This document shows positions 9,878-18,076 of a stretch of DNA of 64,000 bases, in pieces. The DNA is from Candidatus Firestoneibacteriota bacterium (lineage in GTDB: Bacteria; Oederibacteriota; D2-FULL-39-29). The stretch's first letter is position 1. Each line of letters opens with the position of its first letter. The notes beneath the pieces are model-generated. The model had not been told where the DNA came from. It made no database searches and saw nothing but the letters and a program-made list of their open reading frames with translations. Both the position numbers and the translations under genes were made by a program. Where the stretch lies: the NCBI GenBank assembly GCA_903891415.1, contig CAITEH010000052.1, forward strand, positions 3,727 through 67,726. The letters are read 5' to 3'.

Positions 9878-9891
9878 GTGAAAGTGTGGAA

Positions 9892-10009
9892 GGTGCCGGG
9901 AGAGGATAAGTAAGGGCTTTTCCTAATACCTATCACCCCGAACCCAGAACCTGCGCTTTAATAGGTATAACCATGAACCATTCATGCTTCAGGTTCATGG
10001 CCCTGCACC
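9892..10009 (+). ncRNA. Candidate structured leader RNA (four-way junction)
   Basis: Manually paired P1 9892-9900/10001-10009, P2 9903-9924, P3 9926-9968, P4 9971-10000. No match to a riboswitch class I recognise. Confidence 0.35.
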
Positions 10010-10035
10010 CGGAAACGCGTGGTGCGGGGTTTTTT
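10001..10035 (+). terminator. Intrinsic terminator immediately upstream of the kinase RBS
   Basis: CCCTGCACC / GGTGCGGGG stem with inner CG-GAAA-CG, then TTTTTT. AAGGAG follows at 10038. Confidence 0.7.
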
Positions 10036-10051
10036 ACAAGGAGAAGTGTTT

Positions 10052-11539
10052 ATGTCCAAACAAAAAGGTTATGTGGCTTTTGATCTCGGAGCTGAGAGCG
10101 GCCGCGGGATCTACGGGTACATAAAAAACGGGAAAATAAAACTCGAAGTCCTGCGCCGGTTCCTGAATGAACCGGTTGAGCTTAACGGCACGCTTTACTG
10201 GGATCTGCCTTTCTTTTTTAATGAGCTTAAAAAATCTATTATGCTCTGTGACCCGTCGCTCAAGAAAAAAATAAGCAGTATCGGGATAGATACCTGGGGC
10301 TGTGACTATGGCCTGCTTGATAAAAAAGGAAATCTTCTTTCTAATCCGGTACATTACCGGGATAACCGTACCAAGGGTATGATAGAAAAATTCATGAAAG
10401 CGGCCGGCCGGGAAAAGATCTACGGGATCACAGGCATTCAATATAATTTTTTCAATACCTCCGTGCAGCTTTTCGCGCAGCACCGGAAAGATCCGTCCAT
10501 ACTCAAGAGCGCGGCCACGCTGCTTCAGATGCCTGATCTTCTGGGTTACTTTTTTACGGGGAAAAAGGCCTCCGAACAGACCATTGTCAGCACTTCCCAG
10601 CTTTATGACCCCGGGAAAAAGGATTGGTCGCCGTATCTATTAAAGAAGGCCGGGGTACCTGCGAAAATAATGCTTAAACCCAAACCGGCGGGAACAACCC
10701 TCGGGCCGGTCAAGAAAGATATACTGGAGGAAATGGGGGCTGCGAAGATCAAGGTTGTCAGTGTGGGCGGCCATGATACGGCAAGCGCCGTGGCGGCAAC
10801 ACCGGCAAAAAGGGGTACCAACTGGGCCTATTTAAGTTCCGGTACCTGGTCGCTTATCGGTATAGAGACCGAAAAGCCGGTCATAAATGAAACCACGCTT
10901 GCTAATAACTTTACGAACGAAGCCGGAGTTTACAACACCAACAGGCTTATTAAGAATGTCATGGGGCTCTGGCTGATACAACGCTGCAGAAAAAAATGGA
11001 TGGATGACGACCGTAAGGAACTAGCCTACCCGGTCCTGGTGAAAGAAGCAGAAAAAGCAAAAGGCTTCAGGGCTTTCGTAGACCCCAATGACCAGAGTTT
11101 CTATTCTACTCCCGATATGCCCGGGGCAATTAACGCTTTTCTTAAAAAGACCGGGCAAAAACCGCTGAAAACGCGCGGAGAGATCATCAGATGCATCATG
11201 GAAAGCCTGGCTTTTGAATACAGGGCCAGTATAGAGGTGCTGGGAAAACTAAAAGGCAATAAAATAGAAGTATTGCATATACTTGGCGGAGGATCGCAGA
11301 ACGGCCCTCTTTGCCGGTATACTGCCGATGCCTGCGGAATAAAGGTGATCGCGGGTCCGGTTGAAGCCACGGCTCTGGGCAACATTGTGGTCCAGGCAAT
11401 AGTTTCAAGAGAGCTAAAGGACCTGGAACATGCCAGGGCGCTTATTAAGAACTCTTTCCCGCTCAAAGTCTATCAACCCGCGAATAACTCCGGATGGGAT
11501 GAGAACTATTCAAAATTTCTTGGTTTGAAAAAGGTATAG
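10052..11539 (+). CDS. rhaB: Rhamnulokinase/fuculokinase family (FGGY) sugar kinase
   Basis: FDLGAESGR, IDTWGCDY, HYRD.RT, GHDTASAV, LSSGTWSL, FTNE.G, GGGSQN, GPVEATA.GN. ATG 10052 after AAGGAG. Substrate uncertain. Confidence 0.85.
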   Translation: MSKQKGYVAFDLGAESGRGIYGYIKNGKIKLEVLRRFLNEPVELNGTLYWDLPFFFNELKKSIMLCDPSLKKKISSIGIDTWGCDYGLLDKKGNLLSNPVHYRDNRTKGMIEKFMKAAGREKIYGITGIQYNFFNTSVQLFAQHRKDPSILKSAATLLQMPDLLGYFFTGKKASEQTIVSTSQLYDPGKKDWSPYLLKKAGVPAKIMLKPKPAGTTLGPVKKDILEEMGAAKIKVVSVGGHDTASAVAATPAKRGTNWAYLSSGTWSLIGIETEKPVINETTLANNFTNEAGVYNTNRLIKNVMGLWLIQRCRKKWMDDDRKELAYPVLVKEAEKAKGFRAFVDPNDQSFYSTPDMPGAINAFLKKTGQKPLKTRGEIIRCIMESLAFEYRASIEVLGKLKGNKIEVLHILGGGSQNGPLCRYTADACGIKVIAGPVEATALGNIVVQAIVSRELKDLEHARALIKNSFPLKVYQPANNSGWDENYSKFLGLKKV

Positions 11540-11542
11540 CAT

Positions 11543-12211
11543 ATGAAAGCAGGAGAAAAAAAGATGTTAAAAGACCTTATCGCCGCGGGAAAAAAACTGG
11601 CGGCAAAGGGGATCGTAGTCGGGCCCGGGGGAAACTTAAGCATCCGGACCGGCAAGACCATAATTATCAAGAAATCCGGAGCCTGTATGGAAGACGGGAC
11701 CGGGGCCTCATATATGGAAGTGGAGCTTAACTCAAGAAAAGCGGTTTGCGGCGCAGGTAAACCTTCCTGTGAAACCCCCATGCACACCGCTTGCTACAAA
11801 ACCAGGCCCGAGATAAAATGTGTCATGCATACACACGGGCCCTACGCCCTGGGTTATAGCATGCAAAATAAACCTTTGAAGTCATTTTTCCCGGACCATA
11901 CGACCGTTATCGGTTCGGATGTTCCCGTCCTGAGTTTTGAATATCCTTCCAGCGAAGAACTGGCGGCTAAGGTCGCTAAGGCCCTCAAAAAATACAACGC
12001 GGTCATACTGCAAAACCACGGCCTGCTTACGATCGGGGAAAATGTTGATGAGGCGTACTACCGGACCCTGCTAATAGAATCTATTATAAAGGCCGCCTTT
12101 ATAGCAAAGGCCTTCGGCGGGGTGAAACTTTTGAGTCCAAAGCGTATTGCCGTGATGGATGGCTCGGATGAAGGCGCCTACAGAAAAGAGATGGTAAAAA
12201 AAAGAAGGTAA
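11543..12211 (+). CDS. Class II aldolase/adducin family protein
   Basis: GGNLS, KPSCE.PMH, HTH, LQNHG zinc ligands. Confidence 0.9.
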   Translation: MKAGEKKMLKDLIAAGKKLAAKGIVVGPGGNLSIRTGKTIIIKKSGACMEDGTGASYMEVELNSRKAVCGAGKPSCETPMHTACYKTRPEIKCVMHTHGPYALGYSMQNKPLKSFFPDHTTVIGSDVPVLSFEYPSSEELAAKVAKALKKYNAVILQNHGLLTIGENVDEAYYRTLLIESIIKAAFIAKAFGGVKLLSPKRIAVMDGSDEGAYRKEMVKKRR

Positions 12212-12212
12212 A

Positions 12213-13469
12213 ATGAAGGTAAAACTCGATTACGGAAAAAAAGGGCTGGTAATTGACCTGAAAGGCAGAAAACCTGTAAAATTATTTGCGATGAAAAACT
12301 CAAAACCCCTGTCCGGCCCGAAGAAAAAGATAAAAAAAACATTATTAAATCCCCTCGGGAAGAAACCGCTTTCCTCCCTGGTCAAAAAAACCGACAGGAT
12401 CTGCATAGTTATTTCTGATAACACCCGTCCGGTACCCAATAAAATTATCCTTCCGGAGATATTGAAAGTCCTTAGAGCCGCGGGAGTTCCTGAAAAAAAC
12501 ATTTTTATTTTAATAGGGAACGGCACTCATTCTGCTTTGAATGACAAGGCAATAAAAGAGCTCGTGGGAACGGGAATAGCAGGCAAATACAGGGTCTTTA
12601 ATCACAACTGTTTTAACAAGAAAAGTCAGAAGTATCTGGGCAGGGCGGGGAGAGCTGAACTTTGGATAAATAAAAAATATTATGAAGCGGACTTTAAGAT
12701 CGTTACCGGTTTTATCGAACCGCACTTTATGGCGGGATTTTCCGGTGGCAGAAAAGGTGTTTGCCCGGGGATTGCCGGTTATGAGACTATTAAGACCTTC
12801 CACTCGGCAAAATACCTGGCTTCGAGATACGCCGTCTCCGGAAATATCAAGAACAATCCCTGTGATAAACTCGCGGAAGCCGTCTCAAAAAAAGCAGGCG
12901 TGGACTTTCTTGTTAATGTTACCTTGAACAGCGAAAAAAAGATAACCGGAGTTTTTGCCGGCGATTGGAAAAAAGCGCATAAAAAAGGCATGAACTTCTG
13001 CCTCCGGCATGTCAGAGATACCGTAAAAAAACCTCTTGATGTCATAATAACCAGCGCGGGCGGGTACCCCCTGGATCGCAATTTTTATCAGACAGTCAAA
13101 GGCATCGTCGGCGCTTCCGAAGTGGTAAAAAAAGGCGGGGAGATAATAATAGTCTCCGGCTGTTCCGACGGCGTCGGCGGCAAAGATTTCAGAGAACTGC
13201 TCGAGGGTCTTACCTCACCGCTGGCTTTTCTGAAAAAGATATTCGGCAAAAATTATTTCCGCGCCGAACAATGGCAGGTACAGGAACTGGTCAAGGGGCT
13301 GTTAAAAGCAAAAGTAAAACTTTTCACAGAAGGCCTCTGCCTCGAAGATAAACACCTCTGCAAAGTAAATATTGTAGACGACATAAACCGTGAAATAGCA
13401 TTAATACCAAAAGGTAAGACCATAGGTGTGATCCCGAACGGGCCGTATATCTTAACGAAGTTAAGATAA
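12213..13469 (+). CDS. larA: Nickel pincer (NPN)-dependent lactate racemase LarA family
   Basis: SDNTRP, GTH, EPHFMAGFSGGRK, HS, GGYPLD.NFYQTVK. Confidence 0.9.
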   Translation: MKVKLDYGKKGLVIDLKGRKPVKLFAMKNSKPLSGPKKKIKKTLLNPLGKKPLSSLVKKTDRICIVISDNTRPVPNKIILPEILKVLRAAGVPEKNIFILIGNGTHSALNDKAIKELVGTGIAGKYRVFNHNCFNKKSQKYLGRAGRAELWINKKYYEADFKIVTGFIEPHFMAGFSGGRKGVCPGIAGYETIKTFHSAKYLASRYAVSGNIKNNPCDKLAEAVSKKAGVDFLVNVTLNSEKKITGVFAGDWKKAHKKGMNFCLRHVRDTVKKPLDVIITSAGGYPLDRNFYQTVKGIVGASEVVKKGGEIIIVSGCSDGVGGKDFRELLEGLTSPLAFLKKIFGKNYFRAEQWQVQELVKGLLKAKVKLFTEGLCLEDKHLCKVNIVDDINREIALIPKGKTIGVIPNGPYILTKLR

Positions 13470-13483
13470 ATTAAATATAGTTT

Positions 13484-13680
13484 ATAAGGTTTTTAAGGTT
13501 CATAAAGTTTGTAAAGTCTTACATTAGGGTAGTATTGAAAGAATGTTTTGTAGTTGCTCGATTCATCGAGCCGCTCAATGAATTGAGCAACTACAAAATA
13601 ATTTACTGCATAATATACTTCAACGATTGTGGAACGTTACAAACTTTACAAACCTTATGAACGCACGTTATGAACTTATT
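13484..13680. repeat. Inverted nonamer-array cassette containing a REP doublet
   Basis: Left ATAAGGTTT TTAAGGTTC ATAAAGTTT GTAAAGTCT. Right GAACGTTAC AAACTTTAC AAACCTTAT. Homologous to 15693-15832 and 42911-43218. Confidence 0.8.
13546..13598. repeat. GTAG-type REP doublet (REPIN-like)
   Basis: GTAGTTGCTCGATTCATCGAGC and inverted GTAGTTGCTCAATTCATTGAGC separated by 1 nt. Perfect 14-bp outer inverted repeat. Confidence 0.8.
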
Positions 13681-13697
13681 TTCCGGAGGAAAATGCT

Positions 13698-14642
13698 ATG
13701 AAACCACAGAACTTTGAAGTTAAAAACGCGAAGATCAAGGCCGCTTTTCAGGAACTCAAACAGAAAGCGCCCGGTAGATTAAAAAAAAGGTTAAATCTTT
13801 CCTGGAGTAACTGGGGGTTTGGGCTTGAAGCTCTGGCTGCTTCGGCAAGAAGGCTCAGCAGGTATAGGGTGCCGTTCATTGAACTTCACGGGAACCATTA
13901 CGGGCCTGACCTTGGTTACAGACCGGCCGAGACCTTGAGGATCCTCAAGGATAATAATGTAAAGGTCGGAGGGATCTGCGGGATGTTTTCGGCTGATAAT
14001 GATCTCTCCAGCAACCGTCCCCTGCAGAGGCAGAATGCCCTTGACTATTTGAAAAGAGAGCTGGATTTTGCATATAAAGTCGAAGCTAAATATATACTTG
14101 TTGTACCGGGAGCGGTGGGAAGGCCGGTACCTTATGACAGCACTGAGTTTGACAGAAGCGTGGAAACCTTAAGGATGGTGGCCGGCCTTTTCCAGAAAAG
14201 CAAAATAAGGGCGGCAATAGAACCGATCCGCGCGGCGGAAGTTAGCTTCATACATACCATCGGGGAAGCAAAAAGATATATAGAAGCTGTTGACCATCCG
14301 GGGATCAGATTTATAAACGGGGATGTTTATCATATGCAGGTCGGGGAAGCTCATATAGGCGAAGCTCTTCTCGAAGCCGGAAAAATGCTGACCAACCTCC
14401 ACATGGCGGACAGTAACAGGTGCGCCCTCGGTGACGGAGCCCTCGATCTGGATACAATAATAATGGCACTTTATCTTATCGGTTTTAATAATGACAGCTG
14501 CTTTTTTACCCCGGAACCTTTGGGGCCCGGAGGCGATCCCTACCCCGCGATGAACGGCAAACCTGATCAGATAATATTGGATACGCTGGTCAAACAGACG
14601 GCGGAGTATTTCAGGGAACGGGAAACGGAATTACTAGGGTAA
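13698..14642 (+). CDS. Ketose 3-epimerase-like TIM barrel (D-psicose/D-tagatose 3-epimerase family)
   Basis: EPIRAAE, GDVYHM, HMADSNR and final EP match the family metal-binding motifs. Confidence 0.8.
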   Translation: MKPQNFEVKNAKIKAAFQELKQKAPGRLKKRLNLSWSNWGFGLEALAASARRLSRYRVPFIELHGNHYGPDLGYRPAETLRILKDNNVKVGGICGMFSADNDLSSNRPLQRQNALDYLKRELDFAYKVEAKYILVVPGAVGRPVPYDSTEFDRSVETLRMVAGLFQKSKIRAAIEPIRAAEVSFIHTIGEAKRYIEAVDHPGIRFINGDVYHMQVGEAHIGEALLEAGKMLTNLHMADSNRCALGDGALDLDTIIMALYLIGFNNDSCFFTPEPLGPGGDPYPAMNGKPDQIILDTLVKQTAEYFRERETELLG

Positions 14643-14765
14643 AAAAAGCCCGTAGATCCTAAGCAGATAGAAATAATCAAATATCTTCATATCGTCGAAA
14701 CTCTGTGCGTAAGAGGAGAATTTCATTAAAAGCAATGAGCAGTATGCTTTTTTTTATGAAATATC

Positions 14766-14820
14766 CATCAACGCTTGTAAGACTTTATGAACTTTTGACC
14801 TTATAGACTTTAGACAATAT
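14766..14820. repeat. Right-arm remnant of nonamer cassette
   Basis: CATCAACGCTTGT followed by AGACTTTAT GAACTTTT GACCTTAT AGACTTT AGACAAT. Confidence 0.65.
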
Positions 14821-14840
14821 TTTTTTATTGGAGGAGAACA

Positions 14841-15692
14841 ATGAGGCTCCGTATTACCGTTGTACTTGCAGTGCTTTTGCTCAACTCTCCTTTTTTTTGC
14901 GCGGACAAGTTCCCGCCGGAAACTCAGGATATCCGGGTAAGATCTTCCCTGGACGGGGATATGCAGCCCTGCGCTTTATTTGTCCCCGGGGATTATAGCG
15001 CGGCTAAGCTCATCCCGCTGGTGGTGATACTTCATTCCTGGGGGTCTGATTATACTCCGAGTAAACCGGTCCTGCTTGAAGCCAAAAGAAAAGGCTGGAT
15101 AGGTATTTGCGCCAATTACAGGGGCGGTAACCAGGGCAAGAATGCCTGTGCTTCGCCGCAGGCGGTCCAGGATATAGTTGATGTTGTAGATTATGCCTGC
15201 AAGCAGTATAACATAGACAAAAACCGCATTTATTTATTCGGGGCTTCCGGCGGCGGGCATATGGCAATGATGATGGCGGGCCGGCACCCGGAGCTCTGGG
15301 CCGGGGTTTCAGAATGGTGCGGCATATCCGATCTGGCAAAATGGTCTTCCGAGCACCGGAGGGGCAAATCACTGTGTACCGATAAAAAGTTTTCTGAAAC
15401 GGTATTTGAAAATTTGAAGGCCATTTGCGGTGGCGTCCCGGGAAAAAATGAAAAAGTTGACAAAGAATATTTTGAAAGGTCTCCGATAAATTTTATCGAG
15501 AACGCAAAAGACCTGAATATTTCTTTTAACCACGGAAAGAACGACGAACTGGTGCCGTATCACCACAGCGAAGATGCGTATAATAAATTGCTGGCCGCGG
15601 GCAGCAAAAAAGCCGTTTTATATTTGCATGATAACCAGCATGCCGCGGACACGAAAAAAGCTTTCGATTGGCTGGAAAAACAGACGAAATAA
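14841..15692 (+). CDS. Secreted alpha/beta hydrolase (S9-like)
   Basis: Signal-like N-terminus, LHSWG, GASGGG nucleophile elbow, HG..DELVP, terminal His. Confidence 0.82.
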   Translation: MRLRITVVLAVLLLNSPFFCADKFPPETQDIRVRSSLDGDMQPCALFVPGDYSAAKLIPLVVILHSWGSDYTPSKPVLLEAKRKGWIGICANYRGGNQGKNACASPQAVQDIVDVVDYACKQYNIDKNRIYLFGASGGGHMAMMMAGRHPELWAGVSEWCGISDLAKWSSEHRRGKSLCTDKKFSETVFENLKAICGGVPGKNEKVDKEYFERSPINFIENAKDLNISFNHGKNDELVPYHHSEDAYNKLLAAGSKKAVLYLHDNQHAADTKKAFDWLEKQTK

Positions 15693-15832
15693 AAAATGTC
15701 TATAATGTCCATAAAGTCTTGTGCTAAGGCAGTAATAGTTATTTTGTAGTTTAAATATTAGTATTCTTCAGCGATTTTTAGACTTTACGGACCTTATAGG
15801 CCTTAGGGACTTTAGACGTTTTATTGGACTAT
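15693..15832. repeat. Inverted nonamer-array cassette with deleted centre
   Basis: Left AAAATGTCT ATAATGTCC ATAAAGTCT starts right after TAA. Right AGACTTTAC GGACCTTAT AGGCCTTAG GGACTTT. Confidence 0.75.
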
Positions 15833-15912
15833 TCCCTGGCATTCCAAAATTCGTACTTTTATTTTATGGAATTTTCTGGTACAATACTTGAGCAGCTTTT
15901 AGGAGGTTTTTC

Positions 15913-16560
15913 ATGCAAATTTACCTTGATACAGCGAATATTAGCGAAATAAAGGAATATGTCGATCTTGGCCTTTGCGATGGTGTCACTACAAATCCGT
16001 CCATACTGGCAAAGGAAGGCAAGGATATTCCATCTGCCATAAGCGCTATTGTGAAGATAGTTTCCGGGCCCGTAAATGTGGAGCCGATAGCTACCGATCT
16101 TGAGGGTATTATTAAGGAAGCCGGGGAATATGCTAAACTCGGGAAGAATATTGTTATCAAACTTCCCATGATCAAGGCAGGGCTGAAAGCCGCCGGAATA
16201 TTAAAGAAGAAAAAAATAATGACAAGTATCACCCTGGTATTTTCTCCATCGCAGGCGCTTATTGCCGCCAAGGCGGGTGCGGATTTTGTTATTCCTTTTG
16301 TGGGCAGAGTGGATGATGGCGGGGCCTATGGCACCGAGATGGTCGGGCAGATAGCGGAGATCTACAGAAATTATGCTATAGCGACAAAGATCCTTGCCGC
16401 GAGTATCCGCACGCCGATACATGTGGTTGAACTTGCGCTGGCAGGGGTGGATATTGTAAGCGTGCCCAAGAAAGTGATAGACGCGATGATACAGCATCCT
16501 TTCACCGATGCCGGGATTAAAAAATTTCTCGAAGATTGGAATAAAAAGACGCAAAAGTAG
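15913..16560 (+). CDS. Transaldolase / fructose-6-phosphate aldolase family
   Basis: LDTA, GVTTNPS, IKLP lysine, PFVGR.DD, AASIR. Confidence 0.93.
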   Translation: MQIYLDTANISEIKEYVDLGLCDGVTTNPSILAKEGKDIPSAISAIVKIVSGPVNVEPIATDLEGIIKEAGEYAKLGKNIVIKLPMIKAGLKAAGILKKKKIMTSITLVFSPSQALIAAKAGADFVIPFVGRVDDGGAYGTEMVGQIAEIYRNYAIATKILAASIRTPIHVVELALAGVDIVSVPKKVIDAMIQHPFTDAGIKKFLEDWNKKTQK

Positions 16561-16573
16561 GAATGGGGGTTGA

Positions 16574-17287
16574 ATGCTCAAGGCAGATCTGGAAATACTA
16601 CTTAAGGTGCAGGAGCTTGATAGCAAGATAGACACAATAAGTGACAGCAAAGCGGAGATTCCAAAACAGCTGAACGGGCAGAAGAGCGCTTTGCAGGCGG
16701 CTCAGGCCGCGCTTGCAGCTTTGAAAAAAGACAGTGACAATCTGCTCAAGGGAAAAAAACTCCAGGAACTTGAGCTGGCGGCCAAGACGGCCGAGATAAA
16801 AAAACTTCAGGAGCAGCAATATGCTGTGAAAGATAATAATTCCTATGCCGCGATAAGACATGAGATCCAAACCCGGCAGGCAGAAGCCGATAAACTGGAA
16901 GAGGTCATAATTACTGCCATGGTAGAAGAGGACACAAGCAAAAAGACCTTTCTTGAAACGCAAAATAAAGTAAAGGAAGAGGAAGGGAAATTAAAGCAGC
17001 TGGAAGCAAAATGCATTGAAGACGAAAAGAAACTTGACGCGGAAATTGATATTATTAAAAAACAAAGAGATGAAGAAATAGCGAAAGTCGGCAATACCGG
17101 CCTGGTAAGAAAGTATGAAGAGGTAAGGGGCAATGTCGGCGGGCAGGGTATTGCTAAAATGCAGAACAACAGCTGCCAGGGCTGCTTTATGAACCTCCGC
17201 CCCCAGGAAACAATAGAAATAATGAAATACGAAAAAGTGATCTTCTGTGAAACTTGCGGAAGGATCCTGTACGCGGAAAAGCAATAA
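16574..17287 (+). CDS. Coiled-coil C4-type zinc-ribbon protein (CT398-like)
   Basis: LQELD..I, long coiled coil, CQGC..L.PQ..CETCGRIL. Sits upstream of rnpB. Confidence 0.88.
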   Translation: MLKADLEILLKVQELDSKIDTISDSKAEIPKQLNGQKSALQAAQAALAALKKDSDNLLKGKKLQELELAAKTAEIKKLQEQQYAVKDNNSYAAIRHEIQTRQAEADKLEEVIITAMVEEDTSKKTFLETQNKVKEEEGKLKQLEAKCIEDEKKLDAEIDIIKKQRDEEIAKVGNTGLVRKYEEVRGNVGGQGIAKMQNNSCQGCFMNLRPQETIEIMKYEKVIFCETCGRILYAEKQ

Positions 17288-17315
17288 AGATCACGGGAAT
17301 TTATGTTAATGAAAT

Positions 17316-17693
17316 TTGGGGACGTGGCGAATAGCCGCTTTCGCCGTTGGCGGAGGAGGAAAGTCCGAACTCCAGAAGGCCGGGATGCCGCGTAACACGC
17401 GGTCGCTTGAAGTTAAAGCTTCAAGTGAAGGAAAGTGCCACAGAAAATATACAGCCCCGTACCACTCACTACGTTCGGGTACAGGGTGATGGTGAAAAGG
17501 TGGTGTAAGAGACCACCGGCTGCCGGGTAACCGGCAGCGCAGGGTAAACCCCATCCGGAGCAAGACCAAATAGGGGGAAGTCAATAAGGTGGTGCCGCCT
17601 GGTTCCCCGGGTAGGTCGCAAGAGGCGCATGGCAACATGCGTCCTTAGAGAAATGGCTATTAGAACAGAATTCGGCTTACGGCCCGGTCCCAA
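17316..17693 (+). ncRNA. rnpB: RNase P RNA (type A)
   Basis: GAGGAAAGTCC (17356-66), GGAAAGTGCCACAGAAA (17430-46), GAGCAAGACCAAATAG, ACAGAATTCGGCTTAC (17665-80). P1 formed by TTGGGGAC / GTCCCAA. Confidence 0.95.
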
Positions 17694-17700
17694 AAAAATA

Positions 17701-17741
17701 CGGACCTTCAGGGGGAAACCCCCGGAGGTCCGCATTTTTTT
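17701..17741 (+). terminator. Intrinsic terminator of rnpB
   Basis: CGGACCT..GGGGG AAA CCCCC..AGGTCCG followed by T7. Confidence 0.85.
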
Positions 17742-17774
17742 AATAACTAATAGCTGATTTCTGATAGCTAATTG
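17740..17774. repeat. Heptamer array (YTRATWR)
   Basis: TTAATAA CTAATAG CTGATTT CTGATAG CTAATTG. Same units occur at 54612-54639. Confidence 0.65.
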
Positions 17775-17806
17775 TTGAGATCTTGATAATTATATGATAT
17801 AATTAT
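17775..17806 (+). promoter_or_regulatory. TA operon promoter with palindromic operator
   Basis: TTGAGA, 17 nt, TGaTATAAT (17798-803). Palindrome ATAATTATAT-G-ATATAATTAT (17786-17806) overlaps the -10. Confidence 0.7.
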
Positions 17807-17833
17807 ATAATAATATAGTGTCAGGGAGGCAAA

Positions 17834-18076
17834 ATGAAAACTGTTCAAGCTATAACTGTTACCATCCCTAATGAACTTGCCGCGGAATTGAACCGTTTGC
17901 AGAAAACGGAAATGAAAAATTGCAGCAGCATAGTGGCGGAAGCTCTAAAGGAATATATCGAATGGCGCCAATTCAAAGGACTGCAGAAGGAAGCTGCTGC
18001 TGTGGCAAGAGCAATAAATGTTTATGATGAAACCGACGTTGAAAGACTTGTGCATGAATATAGAGCAGGGAAATGA
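17834..18076 (+). CDS. Ribbon-helix-helix (CopG-like) antitoxin
   Basis: 80 aa, ITVTIP beta strand plus two helices. 4-nt overlap with the PIN gene. Confidence 0.82.
   Translation: MKTVQAITVTIPNELAAELNRLQKTEMKNCSSIVAEALKEYIEWRQFKGLQKEAAAVARAINVYDETDVERLVHEYRAGK

Noticed and set aside
9935-9970. GAACCTG suggesting a TPP riboswitch
   Set aside because: No CTGAGA segment or matching 3' AGGGA. Glycine and lysine consensus elements also fit only in fragments.
17306-17735. Minus-strand ORFs of 110 and 88 aa
   Set aside because: They are antisense to the RNase P RNA.
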